Positions 48,144 to 57,955 of a stretch of DNA of 64,000 nt are shown piece after piece. A program made the translations under genes and the position numbers. The stretch's first letter is position 1, and the number at the start of each line of letters is the position of its first letter. The notes beneath the pieces are model-generated. The model made no database searches. It was not told the origin of the DNA and saw only the letters and a list, made by a program, of their open reading frames with translations. Origin of the DNA: Parcubacteria group bacterium 21-54-25 (GTDB taxonomy: Bacteria > Patescibacteriota > Minisyncoccia > Phycocordibacterales > Phycocordibacteraceae); contig NCBJ01000005.1 in NCBI GenBank assembly GCA_002255585.1, positions 1,066-65,065 of the forward strand, given 5' to 3'.

Positions 48144-48818
48144 ATGGCACACGCCGCGACTGATACCCATACAGATGCCGCAGCCGTTTCCGACGGGGCG
48201 AAGAAGTTTATCCTTGCGCGCAAGGAGCGCATGACGCAAATATTCACTGAGGAAGGGCGTGCGTTTGCCGGCACCATACTGAAGGCCGGTCCGGTGACCG
48301 TGACGCAAGTGAAGTCCCCCGAAACCGATGGGTACGCTTCAGTACAGGTCGGGTTTGATGCACAGAAGCCAGAGCGGCTCTCCAAGGCGGTACGTGGCCA
48401 TCTCAAAGACAAGGCGTTTAAAGTGCTGAAAGAGTTTCGTGTGGAGAATCCGACAAACTATACCGTCGGTATGGAAATCTCAGTTGATTCATTTGCTGAA
48501 GGCGACAAAGTGCAGATAGCGGGCACCATGAAGGGCCGCGGGTTTGCTGGTGTGGTGAAGCGCCATGGGTTTCATGGCGGACCGCGCACACACGGTCAGA
48601 AGCACTCAGAGCGCGAACCAGGTTCTATTGGTGGCTCCGGCGGCCGCGCAGGTGGCCGTGTGGCAAAAGGGCTTCGTATGGCTGGCCGTATGGGCAATAC
48701 GCGCGTAACCGTTAAAGGACTCAAAGTGCTCGCGGTCGACTCGAAAGCAGGAGAAATCATTATTTCCGGCGCAGTGCCAGGCGCGCGCGGTTCGTTGGTC
48801 GAGATTGTGAGCATGTAA
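48144..48818 (+). CDS. rplC: 50S ribosomal protein L3
   Basis: KKFILARKERMTQIFTEEGRAFAGTILKAGPVTVTQVK, GFAGVVKRHGF; N-terminal residues uncertain. Confidence 0.85.
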   Translation: MAHAATDTHTDAAAVSDGAKKFILARKERMTQIFTEEGRAFAGTILKAGPVTVTQVKSPETDGYASVQVGFDAQKPERLSKAVRGHLKDKAFKVLKEFRVENPTNYTVGMEISVDSFAEGDKVQIAGTMKGRGFAGVVKRHGFHGGPRTHGQKHSEREPGSIGGSGGRAGGRVAKGLRMAGRMGNTRVTVKGLKVLAVDSKAGEIIISGAVPGARGSLVEIVSM

Positions 48819-49612
48819 TGAATTCACGTATGACTACTACAGCAAAAACGACCACGAAGAAAACAGCTACGCCGCGCAGCGTGACTGCCGTGAACGTGAA
48901 TGAGTCTGCTACAAAAAAACCTGCCGCCCCGCTTTCTGCGCCGGTGTACACGATGGCGGGAAAGCAGGCGGGCACCGTCTCGCTCCCGGAGACCGTATTT
49001 GGCGTGCCATGGAAAGCAGACCTTGTGCACCAGGTGGTAACGGCGATGCAAGCAAACGCACGACCGACCGTCGCGCACACCAAAACGCGTGGCGAGGTAC
49101 GCGGCGGCGGCAAAAAGCCATGGAAACAGAAGGGTACTGGGCGCGCGCGCCACGGATCATCGCGTTCGCCGATTTGGCGCGGCGGTGGCACCACGCACGG
49201 CCCACGCGCGGAGCGTTCTTACACACAAAAGATAAACCGTAAAATGCGTGCGGGTGCACTTGCATCCGTGCTCTCCCGAAAGTTCAAGGACGGCAAGGTG
49301 CTCTTCGTGGATACGCTTTCTTTCGACGCACCTAAGACGAAAGACGCAAAGGTGGCGCTGGTAGCGATAGCGAAAGCTGCCGGCACGCCGACGCTTGCCA
49401 CGCGTCGCGCACACGCTGCTCTCATTGCATTTTCTAGCAATGACCTCGCTGCCAAGAAGAGTTTTACTAATTTTGGTAATCTGCTTACGGAGGACGTGCG
49501 CAACATAAACCCAGTCGAGGTGTTGCGGTACCAGTATCTGCTTATCGAGAAACCGGCTGAGGCACTCGAGGCGCTTAGTGCGCGCCTGTCGTCCGCAAAG
49601 CGTGTTTCATAA
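48818..49612 (+). CDS. rplD: 50S ribosomal protein L4 (N-terminal extension)
   Basis: TKTRGEVRGGGKKPWKQKGTGRARHGS L4 signature; TAATG overlap with rplC. Confidence 0.85.
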   Translation: MNSRMTTTAKTTTKKTATPRSVTAVNVNESATKKPAAPLSAPVYTMAGKQAGTVSLPETVFGVPWKADLVHQVVTAMQANARPTVAHTKTRGEVRGGGKKPWKQKGTGRARHGSSRSPIWRGGGTTHGPRAERSYTQKINRKMRAGALASVLSRKFKDGKVLFVDTLSFDAPKTKDAKVALVAIAKAAGTPTLATRRAHAALIAFSSNDLAAKKSFTNFGNLLTEDVRNINPVEVLRYQYLLIEKPAEALEALSARLSSAKRVS

Positions 49613-49622
49613 TTATTATCGT

Positions 49623-50009
49623 ATGGCACTTTTCTCCCGCAATCCCAAGAAAGAAACCAAGGCGAAAAAATCGTCTGCAGCAGCTACCCCGCGTACCAAA
49701 ACGCGCGAGGCAACCACGGCGATACGCGCGCGCGCTGCAGTGGCACTCACTGCACCGTGGATTTCTGAAAAAGCACTCATCGGCACCGAGAAGGGTGTGT
49801 ATGTATTTGCCGTTTCGCACGTCGCTACGAAAGGCGACATCGCGCGCGCCATTGAGACCGTGTACAAAGTTGTGCCGCGTTCCGTGCGCATAGTCAATTT
49901 GCCGGGTAAGCGCGTCTCGCGTCGTACGACAAGCGGGGTCGCCCTTCGCCCGCGCCGACGCAAGGCGTACGTGTACCTCAAGAAAGGTGACACGATCCAA
50001 TTTGCCTAA
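49623..50009 (+). CDS. rplW: 50S ribosomal protein L23
   Basis: ISEKALIGTEKGVYVFAVSHVATKGDIARAIETVYKV...YVYLKKG; start ATG 49623. Confidence 0.85.
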   Translation: MALFSRNPKKETKAKKSSAAATPRTKTREATTAIRARAAVALTAPWISEKALIGTEKGVYVFAVSHVATKGDIARAIETVYKVVPRSVRIVNLPGKRVSRRTTSGVALRPRRRKAYVYLKKGDTIQFA

Positions 50010-50027
50010 TCTTACTCTGTACTCTGT

Positions 50028-50870
50028 ATGAAAACGTATCGACCAACCACCAAAAGCCGCCGACACATGTCGACCCTGCCTTTCCGCAAGACGCTCTCGG
50101 GCGATAAGCCCACCAAGCAGCTGCTCGCAAGCAAAAAACGCCAGGCGGGGCGGAACGCGTTTGGACGCATTACCACCCGGCACCAGGGAGGCGGGCATAA
50201 GCGCCGCCTACGCGACATTGACTTCACGTACAACAAATTTGACATCCTCGCAACACTCGAGACCATCGAGTATGACCCGTATCGCTCAGCGAACATCGCG
50301 CGCGTGCTCTACGCAGACGGCGAGCGACGTTATGTGCTTGCGCCAAAAGACCTGGGGGTCGGCGATACGTTTACCGTTTCTCGTACCGCACCGGTAAAGG
50401 TGGGAAACCGCTTGCCGCTCGGGAAAATTCCAGTCGGTACGTTTGTGTACAACATCGAGCTTTCGCCAGCTGCCGGCGCACGACTCGCACGCTCAGCAGG
50501 AAACTATGCGCAAGTCGTTGCCCATGACGCAGGGTATGCGCAGGTGAAGCTGCCTTCGACAGAAATACGCAAGATTTCTGATCAGTGTTTCGCGTCTATC
50601 GGTTCAGTGGGTAACGAAGAGCACAGTCTGGTGAATATAGGCAAAGCCGGTCGCGCGCGCTGGATGGGCAAGCGGCCAACTGTTCGCGGATCTGCCATGA
50701 ACCCTGTCGACCACCCGCACGGCGGCGGTGAGGGCAAGCAAGGGCGCGGTCTGCGGCGCGCAAAGACAATGTGGGGTAAGCCCTCTGGCAAGGGCCAGAA
50801 GACACGCCGTCCAAAGAAATTCTCGAACACGTTCATCGTGTCTCGCCGCAAGGTCGGTAAGCGCCGCTAA
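50028..50870 (+). CDS. rplB: 50S ribosomal protein L2
   Basis: [47 protein letters not shown]. Confidence 0.9.
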   Translation: MKTYRPTTKSRRHMSTLPFRKTLSGDKPTKQLLASKKRQAGRNAFGRITTRHQGGGHKRRLRDIDFTYNKFDILATLETIEYDPYRSANIARVLYADGERRYVLAPKDLGVGDTFTVSRTAPVKVGNRLPLGKIPVGTFVYNIELSPAAGARLARSAGNYAQVVAHDAGYAQVKLPSTEIRKISDQCFASIGSVGNEEHSLVNIGKAGRARWMGKRPTVRGSAMNPVDHPHGGGEGKQGRGLRRAKTMWGKPSGKGQKTRRPKKFSNTFIVSRRKVGKRR

Positions 50871-50957
50871 TTTTCAAAATCATTCAGCTCACACACAACC
50901 CGCCAACACACTGGCAGCGTGTATACATGCTGAATGAAGGAAGTCTAACTCCCTTCA

Positions 50958-51014
50958 TTTTATTGATCCCCTGCTTCGTTTCCTGCCGTGAGTAAGGTTA
51001 AACCTTACTCACGG
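50958..51014. repeat. 57-bp repeat element copy 1, contains perfect 14-bp palindrome CCGTGAGTAAGGTT/AACCTTACTCACGG
   Basis: 55/57 identical to 52976-53032. Confidence 0.85.
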
Positions 51015-51089
51015 ATACTACGTATGGATATTCACAAAAACAACCACTGCCACCATTTTCTTTTGTTTGCTCTTGTATACTAACAAGCA

Positions 51090-52352
51090 ATGATTGATCA
51101 ACAGGTGGTTACCTATGTGCGCCAACAGTTTGCAGGTGGAGCTACCACTGATGCAATACAACAAGCTCTTCGCACTGCTGGTTGGAATGATGAATCCATC
51201 CGCGCAGCGCTTGCTGCCGCGCAGGGAGTGCCCGCCGCTCCTATTGCTACAGCCCCTGCACCCACCCCGCAGGCGAGCCACGCGTCGGGTGCGTTCGCGA
51301 AGGCGGGCACCAGCGCGTTCCAAGCACAATATCCGCTTAGCGTGCGCAGGAAGTTCTGGAAGAAACTTTTATCCCAAACTATTGGGTGGGGTATTACCGT
51401 TTTCTTGCCAACCCTCGTTTTGTTCATTGGCGGCCTGATATACAACTTACCAGCGCTCACCTTTACAGGGCTGGTGCTTTTTGTCCCATATTTTGTAGCT
51501 CTCGCTCTTTACGCATGGTATGTGAAGGCGTATATCCGTTTGTATTACTACAACGACAACGAGTCGTTTATTACTATTCGCAAAGGGGTTTTCACTCCGC
51601 AGGAGATCCACGTCCAGTACCCAAAAGTCCAAGATGTATATGTTGATCAGGATTTGATCGATCGCCTGCTTGGCCTCTATGATGTGCACCTCGCGAGCGC
51701 TACCGTAACCTCTGGTATGGAGGCGCATATTGATGGGGTAAACGCCGACATTGCGGGCAGACTCAAGGACGTCCTGCTCTCTCGAGTGCAGGGAAACGCG
51801 CGCTCGTTCCCCGAATCTCCTCAAGCAGGGCCGCAAACTCATCCTACCGAGTCTGCGCAGCCGCGGCCGGGGTTCCATGGGAATATCTCAAACAGCGAAT
51901 ACCCCATTCAAGGAACGTGGCTCACTGGGCGAATCATATCCGCGGTACTTCACGGCATGGTGTGGGGCGTCATCGTTGGTGTTTGGGCTAACTACAACAT
52001 CTCTCTCGGGGTTCTCGTATTTCTGGTCGTGTCGGTGTTTCAGGCAGGGTATGTTCTCATTTGGAAAAAGAATTACCGTTTTCAATTTTTACCAGAATAT
52101 ATTTTGGTACACACGGGCGTCATTAGCTGGTCAGATCGACACATTCCCTACAACACAATCCAAGACGTAAATCTCTCGCAGCCCATTTGGGGTAGAATGT
52201 TTGGTTTTGCGAACGTACGGATCGAGAACGCGACCCAGGGTGGGGTGGGCAGTATTAATATTCCCGGCCAGACGCTTGTCAACGCGGGTGCTATTACCGA
52301 TGCGCTCAAATCTATCATTCTGACCAAAGATTCGTCGCGAACCGGGCTATAA
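51090..52352 (+). CDS. Membrane protein: N-terminal LRTAGW module + TM segments + two bacterial PH (bPH_2/YdbT-like) domains
   Basis: ALRTAGWNDESIRAALAAAQGVPAAP; FLPEYILVHTGVISWSDRHIPYNTIQDVNLSQPIWGRMFGFANVRIE; TATACT 8 nt before ATG. Confidence 0.6.
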   Translation: MIDQQVVTYVRQQFAGGATTDAIQQALRTAGWNDESIRAALAAAQGVPAAPIATAPAPTPQASHASGAFAKAGTSAFQAQYPLSVRRKFWKKLLSQTIGWGITVFLPTLVLFIGGLIYNLPALTFTGLVLFVPYFVALALYAWYVKAYIRLYYYNDNESFITIRKGVFTPQEIHVQYPKVQDVYVDQDLIDRLLGLYDVHLASATVTSGMEAHIDGVNADIAGRLKDVLLSRVQGNARSFPESPQAGPQTHPTESAQPRPGFHGNISNSEYPIQGTWLTGRIISAVLHGMVWGVIVGVWANYNISLGVLVFLVVSVFQAGYVLIWKKNYRFQFLPEYILVHTGVISWSDRHIPYNTIQDVNLSQPIWGRMFGFANVRIENATQGGVGSINIPGQTLVNAGAITDALKSIILTKDSSRTGL

Positions 52353-52361
52353 CCCAACTCA

Positions 52362-52934
52362 TTGCGCATGCCTCAAGGGTTAGTATCAAACGATATCCGA
52401 CAGTACACTAACGGCAGTGTTTCGAGCGAAAATTACCCGATACAGCGCCACCGCCTGCTCGTCGCGTATAGCGGCATCATCCTTCTGTTTGGCACAAGCT
52501 GGGCTTTTCTCGCTTCCATCGCATGGGCTTTCCTGCAGATTATGTTGTCCGCCGCGTTCGGCCTGCATTTTTCGACCAGCATCAACCTGTTTGTCCTCGT
52601 TTTACTTCTTCCGACCAGTATTATTGCCGAGGCCGTATACATTGCCATTGCGATTAAAAACATTCAATTTAAATTTCTCCCAGAGTACCTTGAATTGCGG
52701 GGTGAGGTCATCGGAACGGAAGAAAAGCACATCTTCTACCGGACCATTCAAAACATTGAAGTTTCTCAGGGTATGTTCGAACGCATGCTCGGTATTGCGT
52801 CAGTTGGTATCGAGAACGCGGCACACGGGGTCGGGCCGGAAACGGTTGGACAGGCATATATTCCAGCACAGACCCTCGAAAATGCTCGATCACTTGCCGC
52901 CATGCTCGAAACCCTACGGGTTACGACAATGTAA
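52362..52934 (+). CDS. Membrane protein with single bPH_2 (YdbS-like) domain, paralog of C-terminus of upstream gene
   Basis: FLPEYLELRGEVIGTEEKHIFYRTIQNIEVSQGMFERMLGIASVGIE. Confidence 0.55.
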   Translation: MRMPQGLVSNDIRQYTNGSVSSENYPIQRHRLLVAYSGIILLFGTSWAFLASIAWAFLQIMLSAAFGLHFSTSINLFVLVLLLPTSIIAEAVYIAIAIKNIQFKFLPEYLELRGEVIGTEEKHIFYRTIQNIEVSQGMFERMLGIASVGIENAAHGVGPETVGQAYIPAQTLENARSLAAMLETLRVTTM

Positions 52935-52975
52935 GACTTTGAAGCAAAGCCGCAGTGAGACCGTTCCAGCCGGTA

Positions 52976-53032
52976 TTTTATTGATCCCATGCTTCGTTTC
53001 CTGCCGTGAGTAAGGTTTAACCTTACTCACGG
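52976..53032. repeat. 57-bp repeat element copy 2 (12-bp palindrome)
   Basis: Differs from copy 1 at 2 positions. Confidence 0.85.
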
Positions 53033-53146
53033 TAACCTAGACCTTCCTCACGAGCGTCCCAACGTAATCACCCCGTGCGCTTCCGAGACCACGTACGCAC
53101 AAGTGGCCGTTGACACAATGCCGCTGACACATTACTTTTACAGGCA

Positions 53147-54445
53147 ATGAGGAAATATGTGCTCGTGCTCGCAGTTTTTATATTTTTTGGATATCCTGCA
53201 CTCACACGAGCAGATTCTACGGCTTATTCGCCGCAATGCTATAACCAGAAAATAACGCCAGCACAGGAACAGAGTATTATCAACGGCACAGCCGATACGT
53301 CCACTTCAACCGCAGTACAAGGCGCGCTAGATTCGACGTCATACTCTAATTTCAGCACGACATCTGTTGATGGTTTTGTTCAGCAGAATAACGCGGTGGC
53401 CGGGACGTGTCGTCTTATAAAAAGCATATATAATACTATTTCTATCGATCCCGCACTTCAGGATAGTTATTGGCTTGCTACGCATTTCGGTATTGGTGTC
53501 ACTGTACAATCAGCAACCAAAGACGTGTGCGCACAGTACACCTGTACTGGTATAGAATCTAGCGGCGCCATTGGTCCGCCGGTGGTATACACAAAACATT
53601 CTGAATACATCACAAACATCAGTACCAGTACGACCGTTACCGTTGCCGATTCGCCTGACGACGTCAGCGCACCTCTTACGAGATACGTAGTGCTGGATAA
53701 GGCACATTTTCTTCCGTTGCTGCAAAGCGCTTTTCAAAAAGCGGGCGTCGTTTTCTCGACAACGCAAATACCGTCTCTAACCCTTCACATCTATGATAAA
53801 AATGAAATCGCCGATATTATTCACAATATCGCAACCAAAAATTGGTACGTGGACGTTGGCGGAGACGGTCCCGGCAGACAATTTAGCACCAGCACAGTGA
53901 TGGATACGCTGTATGTGTCACCGTCACGTGGGGACCCTTCTTTTTATGACGTGTACACCGAGAACCTCACCTACGGTAATTATATCTATGGCCCCAAGGG
54001 CGATATCGTTGAAACTCAGTATGCGCCTGTGGATTATGGGAATGACGCGATTCTTACCAGTAAAGACCTGCAGATAAGTTGGGCGCCGTGGGGTCACTGG
54101 TATCTTGATACTATCCCTGTCGTCCCAATCACCAGCCCGCTCGTGTCAGTCCACAACTACTGGATGTTTACCAAGGTGCACGGCCAAATCGTCCTGGCAT
54201 GGGAAAAGAGCGTGTACGGACTCGATGATGGAACAACACGGACAGTCACAAGAAACTCTGCGAATGTGAATATGGCGATGCTGTTTGGCAGTGCGCCGCA
54301 CACTACAACTTCATCCACGAAGGCAAAGCAGAACCCTGTCCACGCGCAAACAGCCACATCATCTGCTACTACGAGCACCACTGCGGCACCTGCACCGCAA
54401 GGATTCTTTGCGCGCATCTGGAGTTGGCTCACGTCGTGGCTCTAG
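53147..54445 (+). CDS. Hypothetical secreted protein (432 aa)
   Basis: Signal MRKYVLVLAVFIFFGYPALTRADS; Thr/Ser-rich. Confidence 0.5.
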   Translation: MRKYVLVLAVFIFFGYPALTRADSTAYSPQCYNQKITPAQEQSIINGTADTSTSTAVQGALDSTSYSNFSTTSVDGFVQQNNAVAGTCRLIKSIYNTISIDPALQDSYWLATHFGIGVTVQSATKDVCAQYTCTGIESSGAIGPPVVYTKHSEYITNISTSTTVTVADSPDDVSAPLTRYVVLDKAHFLPLLQSAFQKAGVVFSTTQIPSLTLHIYDKNEIADIIHNIATKNWYVDVGGDGPGRQFSTSTVMDTLYVSPSRGDPSFYDVYTENLTYGNYIYGPKGDIVETQYAPVDYGNDAILTSKDLQISWAPWGHWYLDTIPVVPITSPLVSVHNYWMFTKVHGQIVLAWEKSVYGLDDGTTRTVTRNSANVNMAMLFGSAPHTTTSSTKAKQNPVHAQTATSSATTSTTAAPAPQGFFARIWSWLTSWL

Positions 54446-54446
54446 C

Positions 54447-54800
54447 ATGCTTATCTACGTCCACCAGTTTCTCAACGCGCTTGTGTTTTCAGCTCTTGTT
54501 GAAGGTGCTGTTGTACTACTATTGTGCCTACTCTTAAGGAAAGGTAGACAAACGATACTTGCGACCATCTCGGTTGCGGTATTTGGGACAATGGGCACTA
54601 TTCCCTATGTATGGTTCGTTTTCCCTACAATTTTCTGGTACTCTGCAAATACCGCACTCTATACTGCCGAAGGCTTCGCGTTTGTTGCTGAGGCACTGCT
54701 CTATAGGTTCGTTGGGAAACTCTCCATGCGCCAAGCCTTTCTTTTCTCACTTCTAGCAAACGCCGCTTCGTATTTTCTCGGGCGTGTATTGTTTGGATAA
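54447..54800 (+). CDS. Small membrane protein (117 aa, 3-4 TM)
   Basis: ATG 54447 one nt after upstream stop; ORF-track 5' part overlaps previous gene. Confidence 0.4.
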   Translation: MLIYVHQFLNALVFSALVEGAVVLLLCLLLRKGRQTILATISVAVFGTMGTIPYVWFVFPTIFWYSANTALYTAEGFAFVAEALLYRFVGKLSMRQAFLFSLLANAASYFLGRVLFG

Positions 54801-54898
54801 TACCGTTGTGTTTTTCGGCTTGAGCTAGGAGGATTGTTGACTCCTTGGTCTGTTTCCTGTACCTTTCTTATATCCCGCCCCGCGGGTTTTAATTTCAT

Positions 54899-55249
54899 AT
54901 GTCCAGATCAATCAAGAAAGGTCCCTACGTAGACCTGAAGCTCATGAGCAAAATCCGCGGCAAGAAGCCGTCGGAGTCTTCGGTTGTAAAAACATGGGCG
55001 CGCGGAAGCCAAATCGCGCCGGAGATGGTCGGATTTACCTTCGGGGTGCACAATGGCAAGCAGCATGTGGAGGTCCTCGTTACCGAGGACATGGTCGGCC
55101 ACCGGCTTGGTGAATTTTCGCCGACCAAGAAATTTGTACGCCATGGTGGCAAGATGCAGAAAGAACTCGAACAGAAGCGTCAGCAAACGGAAATTGCAGC
55201 GGCGAAAGCGGCCAAAGAGCCAGCGGCGACGAAAGTCGCCGGAAAATAG
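54899..55249 (+). CDS. rpsS: 30S ribosomal protein S19 (C-terminal extension)
   Basis: [27 protein letters not shown]. Confidence 0.9.
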   Translation: MSRSIKKGPYVDLKLMSKIRGKKPSESSVVKTWARGSQIAPEMVGFTFGVHNGKQHVEVLVTEDMVGHRLGEFSPTKKFVRHGGKMQKELEQKRQQTEIAAAKAAKEPAATKVAGK

Positions 55250-55251
55250 AT

Positions 55252-55584
55252 ATGAAAGCGGAGCTCACTGGCTATGGACAATCGCCGCGCAAGGTGCGTC
55301 TGGTAACCGATTTGGTGAAAGGTAAGCGCGTTTCTGACGCCCTTACAGCGCTCGCGTTTTTGCCAAAGCGTGCCGCAGAGCCGATTGCAAAGCTTATTCG
55401 CTCAGCAGCGGCAAATGCCGCGCAGGGGGGCGACCACGTGGAGAATCTGCGTATCGAGAACATCACGGTCGATAGTTCTGGCATGCTGCGTCGCTACCGC
55501 GCGCGCGCGTTTGGCCGCGGTGCAACGATTCGCCATCGCCGTAGTCGCATCGCGATAACGCTCTCAGAAGACCAGGGCGCATAA
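55252..55584 (+). CDS. rplV: 50S ribosomal protein L22
   Basis: SPRKVRLVTDLVKGKRVSDALTALAFLPKRAAEPI. Confidence 0.9.
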   Translation: MKAELTGYGQSPRKVRLVTDLVKGKRVSDALTALAFLPKRAAEPIAKLIRSAAANAAQGGDHVENLRIENITVDSSGMLRRYRARAFGRGATIRHRRSRIAITLSEDQGA

Positions 55585-55595
55585 TTTCTTTTTCC

Positions 55596-56297
55596 ATGAC
55601 ACACATTGTCCATCCCTACGCACATCGACTCGGTATCATTCGCGACTGGCGAAGTCGTTGGTTCGCTGCTGACAAAAAGCAGTATCGAGAAAACCTCAAT
55701 GTCGACAATGTCATTCGTAATTTTCTTACGAAGCGCCTGCGAGGTATGCATGTCAGCCACGTCGAAATTGAGCGCAACGCCACCGAATTGCGTATTCTCA
55801 TACACACCGCGCGTCCAGGGCTGGTTATTGGTCGATCTGGAGAACACGCGACGAAACTACGCGCAGAAATAATTCGCATCACACGCGCCACCGCCCCCGC
55901 GCATAATCGCATCATAAAAATTGATGTTGCGGAGATTCGCCAGCCAGAGACGAGCGCGGCTGTTGTTGCATACATGGTTGCCGAAGGACTTGAGAAACGC
56001 ATGCCGTTTCGTCGCATCCTGAAACAGACGGCCGAGAAAGTGATGGCCGTGCGCGACGTCATCGGGGTGCGTGTTACGGTGTCCGGCCGCTTGGGGGGCG
56101 CGGATATGTCACGCAAAGAAGAGATTAAAAAAGGCCGCATCCCGCTCCAGACATTTCGCGCCAATATCGATTTTGCACACGAGAAAGCATATCTGCCATA
56201 CGGTGTGATTGGGATTAAGGTGTGGATTTATATGGGCGATCAACACGCGGACGATGAGCGAGTGAGCACGCCACGCTTCCCCGGCCACGCTGCGTAA
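55596..56297 (+). CDS. rpsC: 30S ribosomal protein S3
   Basis: HIVHPYAHRLGIIRDWRSRWFA, KH domain, GRSGEHATK. Confidence 0.9.
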   Translation: MTHIVHPYAHRLGIIRDWRSRWFAADKKQYRENLNVDNVIRNFLTKRLRGMHVSHVEIERNATELRILIHTARPGLVIGRSGEHATKLRAEIIRITRATAPAHNRIIKIDVAEIRQPETSAAVVAYMVAEGLEKRMPFRRILKQTAEKVMAVRDVIGVRVTVSGRLGGADMSRKEEIKKGRIPLQTFRANIDFAHEKAYLPYGVIGIKVWIYMGDQHADDERVSTPRFPGHAA

Positions 56298-56309
56298 CCA
56301 CCATCTACT

Positions 56310-56729
56310 ATGTTGTTTCCCAAGAAAGTAAAGCATCGCAAATGGCAAACTGGCCGCAAGAGTGAAGCGCGTCGCTCACGTCCCGATACGCGCGGCATCA
56401 CCCTTTCGTTTGGTAGCTATGGCCTCAAGGCCACGACGCCCGCCCGTCTCACGAGCAACCAGATTGAGGCAGCGCGCAAGATCCTCTCGCGCGCAACCGG
56501 AAAAGGTGGTAAGGTCTGGATTCGTGTCTTCCCCGACCGACCGATTACGCAGAAGCCGGCGGAGGTGGGCATGGGTCACGGTAAGGGCGATCCCAAGTAT
56601 TTCGTGTTTGAGGTACGCCCGGGCCGCATTTTGTTTGAAATTGATGGCGTGGCAGACACCCCTGCTCGTGATGCGTTGCGCCGTGCGGGCACAAAACTCC
56701 CGATGAAGACAACGGTCGTCATACGGTAA
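56310..56729 (+). CDS. rplP: 50S ribosomal protein L16
   Basis: KHRKWQTGR, RLTSNQIEAARKIL. Confidence 0.9.
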   Translation: MLFPKKVKHRKWQTGRKSEARRSRPDTRGITLSFGSYGLKATTPARLTSNQIEAARKILSRATGKGGKVWIRVFPDRPITQKPAEVGMGHGKGDPKYFVFEVRPGRILFEIDGVADTPARDALRRAGTKLPMKTTVVIR

Positions 56730-56738
56730 TAAATTATT

Positions 56739-57002
56739 ATGGAAACGAAAAACGCGTATCAAAAAATTTCGAACGGCGAACTCGCGAAGCTTCTTGCCGA
56801 CAAGCGCGAGGCGTTGCGCGCACTGCGTTTTTCCGCAGCGGGTTCACGCCCAAAGGACTCAAGCGAGCCTGCTAAACTGCGTAAAGAAATTGCACGCATC
56901 ATGACCGAATTCTCTGCACGTGCTATTACCGACAAGCAGCATCGAGTATCGGAGACCATACTCGATGCTGCTGACGAGGCACACATACACACCACCACAT
57001 AA
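56739..57002 (+). CDS. rpmC: 50S ribosomal protein L29 (C-terminal extension)
   Basis: ELAKLLADKREALRALRFSAAGSRPKDSSEPAKLRKEIARI. Confidence 0.8.
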   Translation: METKNAYQKISNGELAKLLADKREALRALRFSAAGSRPKDSSEPAKLRKEIARIMTEFSARAITDKQHRVSETILDAADEAHIHTTT

Positions 57003-57007
57003 CCACC

Positions 57008-57253
57008 ATGACCACTTCCATAACCACACCGCAGACATTTCACGGCGTCGTCGTAAAGACGGCAGCAAAAGACACGGCTGTCGTGGCAGTGTCACGGTAT
57101 GTAAAGCACCCGAAGTACAAAAAATATCAAGTGCGGACGAAGAAGTATCTTGTGCACGATCCGGGGAATACGGCGCAGGTGGGTGACACGGTCACCATCA
57201 TCGCGTGCCGTCCCGTGTCGAAACTGAAACGCTTCGCGCTTGCAACATCATGA
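57008..57253 (+). CDS. rpsQ: 30S ribosomal protein S17
   Basis: FHGVVVKTAAKDTAVVAVSRYVKHPKYKKY. Confidence 0.85.
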   Translation: MTTSITTPQTFHGVVVKTAAKDTAVVAVSRYVKHPKYKKYQVRTKKYLVHDPGNTAQVGDTVTIIACRPVSKLKRFALATS

Positions 57254-57627
57254 TACAACCACAAACCATCGTAACTATTGCGGACAATTCAGGCGGTAAG
57301 ATTGCGCGCGTGTTCAAGGTGCTTGGCGGCCACAAGCGTCGCTACGCGCACATCGGTGACACGGTGGTTGTCTCGGTGCAGGTAGCAGAGCCGCGCAAGG
57401 TCGTCAAGAAAAAGGACGTAGCGCGCGCTGTTATCGTGCGGCAACGGCAGCCCATGCGCCGCAAGGACGGGTCGTACATAGCTTTTGATGACAATGCAGT
57501 AGTCTTGATTGAAAAGCGTGGTAAGGAAATGGCGCCGCGTGGCAACCGCGTGTTTGGTCCAGTGCCGCGCGAACTTGCTGAGCGCGGCTGGCAGTCGATT
57601 ATCTCGGCCGCACCAGAAGTGGTGTAA
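57250..57627 (+). CDS. rplN: 50S ribosomal protein L14
   Basis: MIQPQTIVTIADNSGGKIARVFKVLGG; ATGA overlap with rpsQ. Confidence 0.9.
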   Translation: MIQPQTIVTIADNSGGKIARVFKVLGGHKRRYAHIGDTVVVSVQVAEPRKVVKKKDVARAVIVRQRQPMRRKDGSYIAFDDNAVVLIEKRGKEMAPRGNRVFGPVPRELAERGWQSIISAAPEVV

Positions 57628-57643
57628 TCATTTGTCTATACGT

Positions 57644-57949
57644 ATGAAACTCAAAAAAGGTGATATGGTAAAAGTCATAACAGGTAAGGATAAAGGGAAG
57701 ACCGGCGCAGTGCTTCGTGTTTTGCCGCACGAAAATCGTGTGGTGGTTGAAGGTGTCGCCATGGCAAAGCGCCACCGGCGCGGTGCGCCTGGTCAGACTG
57801 GGCGCATCGTCGAGCACCCTCTGTCAATTAACGCGTCAAACGTGATGGCTATAGACCCGGAGACAAAAAAGCCAACACGTTTGCGCATCGTACGTACGGA
57901 TGGCGTTCGTACGCGTGTCGCCGTTAAAAGCGGTAAAGCACTTGCCTAA
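57644..57949 (+). CDS. rplX: 50S ribosomal protein L24
   Basis: MKLKKGDMVKVITGKDKGKTGAVLRVLP KOW motif. Confidence 0.85.
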   Translation: MKLKKGDMVKVITGKDKGKTGAVLRVLPHENRVVVEGVAMAKRHRRGAPGQTGRIVEHPLSINASNVMAIDPETKKPTRLRIVRTDGVRTRVAVKSGKALA

Positions 57950-57955
57950 TAAGTT

